From Phoronis australis (Eukaryota > Animalia > Phoronida), in NCBI GenBank assembly GCA_002633005.1, contig NMRA01000438.1:199831-263117 (forward strand): a stretch of 63,287 nt of DNA. The letters are read 5' to 3'. Position 1 is the first letter of the stretch. Each line of letters begins with the position of its first letter. The notes below the pieces were generated by a model that was not told where the DNA came from, ran no database searches, and saw only the letters and a list, made by a program, of their open reading frames with translations. Position numbers and translations under genes: made by a program. This document shows, piece after piece, positions 39,901-51,900 of this stretch.

Positions 39901-42900
39901 AGATTATTGCATCTGCGATGCTTATCAGTGAGCAACAGACAATTTGTAAGGGTAGTGAAACGTGGTTACGTGGATGTACATTAGTTTTTGATATGTGTTA
40001 TAGCACACCGGCACTTACACAGCATAGGACAATGTCTCTGTAACAATTGCGTGTGCGCCGCGCCCCTTTCTGAATGCTGGGCCTTGCACTATGTTTGATT
40101 TTTAACCATCTTTTCTTTGGCTCCGTTTCATTCGGCTGCTGCTGTTCACTATCTACTCTACTTTGAACGCGCGATATCCTACGAACAGACTTAGCTGTGG
40201 CCTATTGTGAATGGGGGCCTAAACAAAAAATATTTCTCATCACGTCAAGAACAAAATCCCGGACACGTCGCGGGGAGATTTTAGCCACTAACAAGGGCAT
40301 TTGCAAAGGCCAGGACGTTTAAAAAATAAAAACGTTTCGTGAACACTCAAGTTGATGTCAGGTGTGCAAGTTCAATGTCACAGTCGGAAGTCGAACAACA
40401 CGGTCTAATTAAACCAGAGCACAATTTACGCTACAACGAAAAACTGCAGCCTTCGGTGTATTTCCCATTTGTATTTTCATCAGAAATTTTCGTCATGTGT
40501 GACTCGGTGACTCTTTTCAAAGCTAAAGCGCCAAACACAAGCTAAACGCAAGACAATGGAGTAACGGTCATGACATCGTCAAGACAAGGTAAAAATTACA
40601 AAGCCCGTTAGACCAATTCTCAGATTCAAGCCTTATAGAGTAGTAATCATCCGTTGAACGCTTTAGTGACACGGGAGTTGCGTCGATCCCAAATTAGCGT
40701 TTCTAAAATTTTCCTTGTCCGAAAGTCGCGGGGCAAAAATCTGACGTTTATGACATTGTCCGAAGTTCGAAGATCATTGAAAAACAGTTTTTGAACTTTG
40801 TACGAATTTCGTGGACTATGAAAAACTCATTTCGGAAATATTTATTCTTGGTCGAAAATGGCGGGCCGTCCGAAAATCACGCGACTTTACCGTAATGTCC
40901 CATTAAGTTATCTGGTCTCTGTGCGCGACTGTGTCAATTTGTCAAATAGTCACTCTACTTCATTTTTATATTTTTGTGTCAATAAACAAATTTTGGACAA
41001 AATTTTATTATGAATGAAGTTAAAGTATATTAGAAAAAGATTTTTTACTAAGCCAGATATGCTTTTATCTGCTAGCTTTGTATCTGCTAGCTATTATACT
41101 TAACCGGAACCCCAGCAGAGATTGTCCAGCTCCACGCAGCTGAACACTTGATGGCTGGGCCCCCGGGCCCAATGAGTGTCTGAAATTTGTCAAATCAAGA
41201 ATTTGAAAACTGAATATCTGTGTCGTGATTCTGAAAGTTTTCCATTGCTGACATTAAGCTAATAAACTACTGTTTAGTATTTGCTACAGTACTCCTCTTC
41301 AACGCCTAATTTTGACCACTTTGCGTTTTCGATTGTGAAACTTTTTGAAAATAAAATCTTAGACAAGATGATAGATTACTTAATTTGGTATGTAGTATTT
41401 CATAAGATTAACCCCTTGAGATAAGGTCTTTAATATATGTAGTGAAAGAAAAGCTCTTTACTGTCGCAAAAATTATTTTCTAATGGACTTCAGAAATTCT
41501 TTGATCCTTAATTTGTACAAAATTGGCAGCAGACTACGTAAAATCTCGCCAATTTTATATAGAGATTTATTTAAATATGAATAGAATTAGCCGTAGGCCC
41601 AAAGCATAACATGAAGAAGACAGAACAGACGCTTGAGAGCATGACGGATGAATTTTAGAAGTAAGATATCCAGAGTTCTCATGAGAGATTCAAATTTAGA
41701 CGTCGTGGGAGATTAATGATCACTTAAGGTAGGTGTATACACTGATCAAATCTCCAGGTTCCTAACTAAAATGAGTAAAAAGGGAGTTTTAACTAGTTAG
41801 ACATGACTCTGAAAGTGACAAAAATCAAAAAAAAAAGTTTTTTTTGTAGTTCGTTTTTTTAAAAAATCGTATTTTTTAATTTTCAAAAAATCCAATTTTG
41901 CCTCGATTTTTTTTTTCAAAATGCACAGGGATCATCATCAACTGTTTCCTTACGCAATATTCTACTTATCCATATCAAATATATGTACAAAATCATTATG
42001 ATCTTGATTTTTTTTGCATTTTTTGTGTGTTAGTTGGGGCAAGCACGTCACTTTTTGTCATTTGGTCACTTTCCGTCTAATAACTAAAAATCTGGTCCAT
42101 TTATCAAAAAACCCTGGCACGCGATTTTACTTCAGTCCTAGAGGGTTTCAAATTTGCAACTTTCGTAAAAATTAACCCACGTGTTGTGGAAAAATAGGCC
42201 CGAGAATCTTGTCACTATCCTGAAATCACGAGCCGAGAAAAACGGCTTTGAAGTTAAGCGGTCATCGATTGCCACTTGAGATCAAATTTCGTTCAGAATG
42301 CGTGGTCATTATGTTCCAATTTTTGTTGAAGTACTAGAAATAAAGCTGATATTTACTTCATATTTAGAAAATGTGACATACCTGTTTGTTTACAGCATAA
42401 TTTTAATCATTTTTTCGAACTTGTGATGCACGACAGACGACCAAAACAAATATGGCTGTCACGTGGGCGGAGCTTAGCGTTGATCTATTGTCTGCTGTAC
42501 TGGTGTGCCGACCACCATGTGTTGATTGTTTATACGATTCATCTGAACTCTCCACTCAGTTTGTAAAAGACTCTCTAACTATATTACACAGACCTATTTG
42601 TTAGTATTCCAATATTATCATCAACCAATATATGTGTTATATCAAATCGCCGCGTTACTGCCTACATAACAATATTGGCGACGAGGATAAAGAACTACTT
42701 TCATAGTAATGGTTCAACATTTTTACGTGCCTGTACCGAATGGACTTTGGGATAAGAAAATATCACTTTCTGCGCAAATAGCGCCGCTTGGGTGAGATTC
42801 TCAAGTTACTAAAGTTTCTTATATTGCTTTCCTCTAAAATCGTATAATATCATGAGTTTTAATTCAGGGTTACGTTTGAATCTATGCACTAGAAATTTTT

Positions 42901-45900
42901 TTGTTATGTTGAACACTGGGTCATTTCTCTAATTCTTTGGGTTACGGCCAGTGGCAAGTTAAAAATCCTCTGGGTTTGGCAGCCTAGTTTCTCCACGGTG
43001 CGTTCCCAGCACAGAAGCACGGTTTATCTGCGAAGACTCTACTCTGACGGCCTGTAGTTGTCCATGTGTCGCGCGCGCGGCTTGTCTTCACAGCGCGTGC
43101 ATGCACTCTCACCGAATCGTGCAACACCACCCACGTCGACACTCAGCGTCCTCTCGCAAGACACCTGACCTTATATTACCGACTTCTCTTATACATGGAC
43201 AATTTCTGCACGGACTCCTAATAAGCTGAGTGCAGTGATGGCTTCGGTAGGGCTTGGCGTACTCAACTTATTTTTTTTTGCAGATAGACAAACAGGCTCA
43301 GGCTCGGAACAGAAGCTAGTTCACCATTCCACTACCAACTTTCACATGGTCAAAAATAGAATTGTTTTATTCTTGGTCTTGCTACAACACCAATATCAGC
43401 TGGTGTCCTTGTATATAAGCTCCGCCCCAGTTGTCAATCACTGAGGTGGTGAGCACTCAAGCCATATGACTTACTGAGGCTTGGTCAAATATAGCTAAAA
43501 AAACAACTTTGGATTTTCAGAATGATTTTATTTTTCTTCAGTATACTGTGCATCAAGAATTAAAGATTAGGATGACATAAAAATGTAAAAAACAGTCAAA
43601 ATTAATTTTTTTGTGTATCCACCTACCTTAAGTACTAACCCTAAGATCTTGGTAGCACTGCAAACTAACACAAGGTGGTATTCGTCCTCTGCACATCCCG
43701 AATTACGTAACTCACACAACCTATTCTCATAGGGAATATTTGTGTGGCGACCTCTTTCTACTAGTAACGAATGATTTGAACATCGCAATCGAGTCAGAGA
43801 CGGGATAAACCCACATGGGAATTACTAACTATTTCTAGATAATTCTCAACACAATACATTGTTTTATACCTCACATAGTAAGGCAGTTTTGCGTTACATT
43901 CGATATCAGATTGAAAGCCTTGCAAATAACTGTCGTTGACACGTTGAGAAAAACTGTCAAGAAATACGTTTGATTTACCACACCCTGATTAATCCATATA
44001 TCTGAAAATCCATACGCAGACGCAATTATATGAAGATCTTCCAATCAGGTCTGACTGAAAAAGCCTATCATATGCAGCTTTTACCCCACGATTACCAGGC
44101 ATCTCCAGTATTTTGAACTAGCATTTTATACAAGAAACAAAATATTTAGTAAACAATGGGAATCTATCTCATTCTCCGATAGTTGCCGAGTTTGAGCAAC
44201 AACTGCCTACTCCTAAAATGCGTTTACAAAAAGTACATTTTCCAATTGTTCATATTCCTTAAAGCCCCATATCTCAGCGCCGTAACACAGAGAGGGGTAA
44301 ACTGTTTTATTGAACAAGTGAAAGGCTATTGACGGGGGCAGATCATGACATCTTCGCTTTAATTTACAAATTGTAGAGGCAGCTTTATTTGCTTGACTAG
44401 ATAAGGCTTTAATGGCTTTGGTCCACGAAACTTTTGGGCGTAAAGTAGGACTTCCAAGGTCATTTGTAATGAATGAGATACCACATCGACCAAAGTTCCA
44501 TATGATTGTAAAACCATTTCTCATATCGTCTAAGTGAACCGCCATTTCTGAAAATGACCACTTTAGTTTTCTTCAAGTTTGCTTGCTTGCTCAATGATTT
44601 GCAAAATTCCGTCTGCCAAACAATTTAGCATATGTTGTAAGTTGATGGCGGTCGGGGAACAATAACACCATTTTGGACACACTATATCAAACAAGTGAAA
44701 TGTTATCGTATTTTCTCATTTTCACATAGATGATATGTGGCATCAAATTAATACTTTACCTCGTTCAAGTTCTGTTACCATGGAGATAGCTTTCTTTCCC
44801 CAATATTCCAGGTGTTAATATCAATAAAACAATTATTTATTAAAACTTTTTGCTCTCAAACTTTGTTTTAAAATATAATTGAAAAATTAACTCTCATCAT
44901 CCCAACCATCAAATGTTTCCTACACCAATGTCCAGAAACTACGCTCTTACCCATTCAAACGGGTCTAGATGTTTGTTTCGACAATCCACACCTTATGACA
45001 TTCTACATTGAAGTAGGGGGGGGGGCTTAAATGCACAGTTATGTGAAAGAGTTATCGACTCAACAGGGGCAGATCTAGGATTTTTTAAAATGGGGAGTCG
45101 GATCAAAGTCAACAATTTGAAAACTCTAGCTTTGACATCACTGAAATCGATGGAAAATGGGGATTCCGCCTGTGCTCAACTGTGTTGCTTAAATCTTTTG
45201 CATATTTTTTGATTCCTTACTCACAGTTTTTATAGTTTTCTATCATTTAATCTTTATTATGAGCTCCTCTTTTGACTTTTGACGTTTTCTAATAACTTAA
45301 CTGAAACCTGAGCCCTTAATCAGTCAAAATATTTAGGGACTTAGTCCTTAAATGAGGGGCGTTGTATGAAAAGGTACCTGCTTATTTTCAATAATATTGA
45401 TAATTCAGTGTAGAAAGCACGCAAATACTTAAGAGCTTTAGGGAACAGAGTGGAGTCGTTATTTGGGAGTCAGATTCACTGGACCCCCAGCACTGTGCTT
45501 GATGGTATCTGAAATGGGAAGCGAATTTGGGTGGGTTGTGGTGAATGAAACTGGATTCAAGAGGGGTAGGGCGTTGAAAACCAGCAAGAGATGGAATTCC
45601 CGAGTCCATTAAATCTGTCTTGTATGCCCACATAAAACAGCCAAGATGTCTATTGAATACTAAGTCCATTTAAGATAGTTTTTACGGATGCTTTGCAGCT
45701 CTCGTACACCATTCACATTCAACTATCAGCAGGTAGTTAAAGCATATTCAGCCTACATTGGCAGGTAAAAGTGGCCAACTTCAAAGTGAATATCATAAGG
45801 ACGCCTTATTTCCTGACTTGATGTTTTAATAACCATGTCAAAACAAAAAATCTGAACAAGCAAGATCTTCGCTGAGTGCAACGGGGTTTCCAAGGTAATA

Positions 45901-48900
45901 CAAATACTACTGAAGTACTGTATTCGCCGTAATAACCGCCCATGCCCCTATAAGCGCCCCCACGCGTTTTCAGACTTTGCTAGAATAAGCGCCCAGTCCA
46001 TGAACTTGTACGTGCGAAAAATGCCGTACCTACAGTCCTAAAATTCTATAGTAACGTCATCAACTTATCAATAATATTTGACAGTCCTGAAAAAATCATT
46101 GTGCGCAGAATTTGTAGACCAGGAGCCTTGCCGCTATGTCGGTATTTAGCTGTTGTTATACACTTCAAACTTCCGCCGTGCCTCAAAACGAACACAAAAG
46201 TTTTGCTGATCTTGTGAGGACCAATGGTCTGGCCTTTCAGAACAGACTTAGTGTACTTGTCTACTGGATTGCATTGTAGATATTTCCCACTTTCAACAGG
46301 AATCCAAATTTTTTTGTACACGTGAAAACCGTGAATCAAAGACTAATAAAAAGCTTGGCCAGTGTTAAAAGCACGTGGCCAGGAATCGCGCGCTACATAC
46401 ATGAACCTGTCATCAAAGACATTAGTCGGGAACTATCCATTCATGAAACGGGTAGCATAGCATCGATAAGAAATGAATATTGGCACTAATTTTCGACAAT
46501 TTCTAATGCTATAAAAAATGTTTGAGTTATTTTTAAGATAAATTGTTTGAGTAACCATAATTGGTGTTTTTAAGCCAAATATGTGATAAAATGACAACTG
46601 ACTATGAATGCTTACACACCCTTACAACGAAAAACATGTCTGGTTTAGGCTAACTGCTTGTGCAAATTTCTTTAGATACAATGCACATCTAGTAGCTCGT
46701 TATATTGCGTGGCTCTGGCCAAAAGACGGTCTCTGCTCTGGCAAATGTCTGATGACACGCACGCACTCGCTTACTCAACGCAGACGAACTTCATAACAAA
46801 CGTCACGTGACAACAACGTGTTTTTGTCCAGACATTTTTCTCATGTTGCCGATCATACATGTAGAAGGCACGATGTAGCACAGATTTGTACTTAAACCTG
46901 CTGTTAATCCCGACTCCACGGGAACTTAAAAATCTTAGGGGCGCTACTTGGAGGATTTCAGGTAATTTGCTTGAGTCGAAACTGTATTTTTATTCAAGCA
47001 TTCAAGTCGCAATATCGATGATTGCGAGGCAGTCAGTCGGCGAGTTTTCGCCCTGGGATTTCAGCACATTTTTCTTTAAAATGATGGTAACTTAGCAGCA
47101 AAGTTTGATAGCAATGCACCACGATTTTGTAGTTAGTATTTCATAGATTACAGATATGTCACAGAGCGTAAATGTGATGAATCTTTAGCTTCCAATTTCA
47201 CCCGTTTCGGAGACCGGGTTTCAACGGCCATGGGTTATAAATAAGCGCCTCTCCTGAAACAAACTTTTCTAAGCGCCCCGGGCTGTTATTACGTGAATAC
47301 GGTACCCATTGATGAAAAGCTTTTAAAAGAACGCTTCCTTCGACATTAATCCTATGGAAAATTATCAAGCAGGTTACCAAATCATACAATTAGTATTTAT
47401 TATGCACCGAAGTCCATACCATGATCATATAATATAGATTATTGACCAATGACAGCCAGAATGTTGACTTTATGGGATCACAAGAAATTATTTAAATGAG
47501 TAACAGCGAGTAAATAAAAACAATGAATAAATAAGTAAATGATAATAAATAAGGAATGAAGAATAGACAAGAACAAATATATGATAATATAACAATAATA
47601 AAATTAGTAAATAAGTATTAATTATAGTAAATACTAGTATCAAGACTGCACAAAAAAAGAAAAAAAGTAAGCATATAATCAAAAACATTCAAACAATTTA
47701 CGATAATTTTCTGTATAAGCGATCAAATGCAGGGAACAGTAAAGACATTAAGTTCAAATTCAACCCACTCCATCACTTGTTGACTGGCAACTTCACGAAA
47801 AAACATCCTGTTTCAATGAGAACATCATCTATCTCACTTACTGGGAAAGCTTAAAACGCATAAATCTCCAATTTTCTATTAACTGTTGCTGTAGCTGCAG
47901 GCATTACAAAAAGTACGGTAACCATACAATTTTACCAACTTGAGCCATCATATCTTGCCATATTTGTTTATTGTACACACGCCCACTAGATGTCTCTACT
48001 GTCCATGAAACAACAATGGTTGCCAGTGGCCGTCCAATGGGATTTCGCTCGGTGGTTTTTCTCCTTCAGTGCTATTGCGCAAGTGCATTGAAAGATGATA
48101 CCTTTCTGCCCGCTGCCCGAGTTGTGTTTAGACGACAGTCGACACTGGAGCAACTGTCAGGGTGCAACTCACTCAATCTCTCAAACCGGTGTCAAAAATG
48201 GCGATCACAGTGTCAACTTGCTCCGTGCCAGTCATATGTTACAGACACATACTTACTACTCAGATCAGCTGTTCGACGTTAGTTGCTCCGTGACACCTGC
48301 TGTCTCCCATGTAAATGTTGTCTCCCATGTAAATGTTGTCTCCCATGTATGCTGTCTCCCATGTAAATTTTGTCTCCCATGTATGCTGTCTCCCATGTAA
48401 AAGTTGTCTCCCATGTATGCTATCTCCCATGTAAATGTTGTCTCCCATGTATGCTGTCTCCCATGTAAATGTTGTTTCCCATGTATGCTGTCTCCCATGT
48501 AAATGTTGTCTCCCATGTAAATGTTGTCTCCCATGTAAATATTGTCTCCCATATAAATGTTGTCTCCCATATAAATGTTGTCTCCCATGTAAATATTATT
48601 TCCCATGTAAATGTTGTCTCCCATGTAAATGTCTCCCATGTAAATATTGTCTCCCATGTAAATGTTGTCTCCCGTGTAAATGCGATTTGTGGCTACATTA
48701 CTCTTTTTGCAATTTTTATCACAGAGTGAATTCAAGCCATTTGTCTATTACCGTGGCAACTAAAATGAATTCCATGATGATCACGAATTGCTTATCAAAG
48801 AGTAGATTGAAGGTACTGACAGAAAAAACTCGTTTGAAAAACGTGCTGTGTCAGACCTAAGGCGAGTTTGTCCGTGCTTTGAATGCCAATTCCAGTATGG

Positions 48901-51900
48901 ATTCATTACCTTTGGCCTCGGGATGTCTTGAGACCTTCTCTTAAAGAGTTCATTTACCAGAAAATAGAGATCTTTATAATTAAGATGTTATTGATCAAAT
49001 TTGACGGTCTTTAACCATGTTCAAGATCAACTCTGGATATTTCTAGAACTCTGCAGTGCCATAAGCTCGGCTTTCTCATCGGAGTTAGTCCGCACCAGTT
49101 GACTGTTAGAGTGGTAACCTACCATCTCAAATTATCGTTTTTTCTCATTTGACTGGAATAACATTCCGCTGGCTTAACTTTAAAGCTTCGTTGTACTTAA
49201 AGCACAAGATGTCGCTAGGAGTCCAACAAAAATGTACCTTGAATCACTGACTTGAACCTCAAATGCTGATCAAAACCACGCTTTCATGACAGTAATTCAT
49301 TTTTCGAGCCTACTAACTTAGTTGTTGTCCTTAAATTTAGACTGGACTTAGCCACCTTTCACGTTGGGTCTAGAATTCTTGTGATTAAAAAAGAATGTTA
49401 GTCCAATTGGTTGGTCCCATGATCTAAATCTTGAAGGCGAAGAGTTGATGTTTTGGGGAGTGCCGTCAGTATGAAAAGTGCTATGTCATTGTGTCGCCAT
49501 ACCAAATAAGGAGACGTGCTTTGCCTTGTGTGAGAAAAATCGACGAAAAGCGGAGCAGTTGACAGTCCTTTTTTTAAATTAGAAACTAAAAGAAAATGCT
49601 TTCAAATTGATACGAACAGAACTTATAAATCTTTATGAACTTTTAACCCTAAAAATTCCTGGTATACAGGTTGAATTCTGTTTCAGTGGCAGAGAACCAC
49701 TTTGAATATTGAAATTAAGTCCATTTATCGCATTCCTGAGGCCTCTAAGCAATCCGATATTTTTTCATATTTTTCTCGACTTCGTCAATTCCACTGAATT
49801 TGAATTTAGGAACATGAATTCTTGAAAAAAGCTCTGTGGATTTTACTGAAACTTTAATTTTAATTATTAAATTTTATTGATAGATCTCAAAAACATAGAG
49901 TTTTCATTTTCAACACCTAGTTTTCGTGTACTGTGAGACTGCACTTTTTTTACAAAAATGCCTTACATCTTACGAGTAATTTGGCATACAAATCAAACTA
50001 AATGACAATCAAAAAATCTTTACAGCATTTTTGAGTTAAATTGTTAAAGTTTTGATTTAAAAAGGGTTGCATTGAAATCGACTGGGGTTATTTTGTTATG
50101 AATGAACATTTCTCAAATTTAGACTTAAAAGGGTGGTAATATAATGATAACAATGGCACATATTCCTGACTTTTTTCTTTTGAAAAATATTTACTTTTTA
50201 CCAGTTGACAATGCCCGTTTCGTGATATATTTGGTAAAAATGAAGGTCACTAAATACAGATAACCTAGGCGGTGTCCTCTTTGTGATGTCACTATTTGAA
50301 TTTCAGTGTCCCAAATTTTAGAGATTGTTCAATACTGGGAATTTCTACTGTAATAATTGTTAGCCAAGACTCATAACAGACAAAATGGCATTTAATGGAT
50401 GCTATTGTCATCCTTATAACTGGCTATTATTTAATTGTTCATGTCAATAGTAATCTGACAATGTGACTTGGTTTTCCGCATGACAGCACAGCTCTTGCAA
50501 AATTCCTAGACATGGTTTAATAGAGTGCAAGCTGATCCAGATGAGGGGAACTGTGGGGAATTTGCCGGAAATTAGTTGAATAAAAGTAGAAAGATTAATA
50601 TTCACTCATGGACGCCAGTTATATCTAGGTTTTAATTAAGTTTAAATATAATGATCATAAATTCGAAAGATGTCGTCACCGCGTGCAAACAGAGATAAAG
50701 GATGTAGCAGGTAAATTGCCATATTCTGCACGCCTGCTCTTCTTGACCGTGAGGTAAGTTTATATTGATTATACAACGGTGGCACTGTGGGCACCGTGAT
50801 CTTTTGTTCTTCAGAACCGGCGGGAAGGGGTGAAATGTCAAACATCCCACATAAAGACCATGGATATTGATCCAACTATTATCCCACTTCTTGAATCGGC
50901 ATTGTAGCCCATACATGGTACAGCAGTAATACTTATATGTACTATAAAAATATAAAGTATTCAAATGACAGATACTAACAGGTGAATCTCCAAAGGAGTG
51001 AGTATCCGGAGGTATGCTGCTAATCCGTACCTCACGACATAGGAGAGCGATCAATGTGGAAGGCGAGAATTGTTTGAGTTTTATAATGTTTGTATCAGAG
51101 CCTGAGTGCAAAATAAAGCACAACTTTAAATGCTCACGAGTACAAATCGTGATTCTATGCATTTTTGGAAAAAGGTTGTTCATAATATGATAATTTTGCG
51201 ACTCAAGACCGGCCTGACCCTGGTCCCAATCTTCATGACGTTTTAAACCCCCCCCCAGGGGTTAAAACCATTTTGGCGCATGCGCAGCTATCAAACCTCG
51301 GGATTCAGACCAATCGAGGATATGGTGGAACTTTCACTATTTTCATCGTGGCATCAGAAAGTGTAATGTACAGTAATGCTGATGAGGTAATACTTATCTC
51401 TCGCATACCGTGAAATGGCCATTTTGCAATTGATCAACGACAAAATGAAATAGGTCTTGTCAATGGTAAAAAGGGTACTCGTAGTTGGTAGAGTGTTCTG
51501 TGCTTTTAATGTAGTGGGATGTTTCCCTTCATATTTTAAAGTTCTTTGCAATGCCCCCGTTGTGCAGTTACAAAGGGTATTCAAGTGATTCACACAAAAC
51601 TTAAATAATGTCTCAAAAATGTTCATGAATGAAGGAAATTGCATTTCCCCCTGTCAATCAGTCTTGCACAACTGAGAATTGGGAATTAAGTAAAGAGGAA
51701 GCAACTTTTGAGTTTGCACAGAGGATGTTTCCTGTTAGGTCAGCATTGTGAACAAGTGTAAGAAGATATTAATTGCCAGTCATTTTCATCTGAAGTGGCT
51801 GGAGGAGAACTGACTTCAGTCATGACAGAGGTCACACTAAGTCATTCTTTTACACTTTGGACAGGTTGTAACTGTAGACAACCAGTTTCCACATATTCTG

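Noticed and set aside
46802-46811. Perfect GTCACGTGAC CLEAR motif
   Set aside because: It lies inside a transposon in the middle of an intron, far from any inferred TSS.
48095-48860. Cys-rich, metallothionein-like and other repetitive ORFs
   Set aside because: They are translations of the 18/16-bp minisatellite in multiple frames on both strands, with no splice or codon evidence.
50632-51183. Longest ORF in the track (183 aa, minus strand)
   Set aside because: No recognisable domain, and its composition is typical of random AT-rich ORFs. It may be decayed transposon sequence, but I could not assign it.
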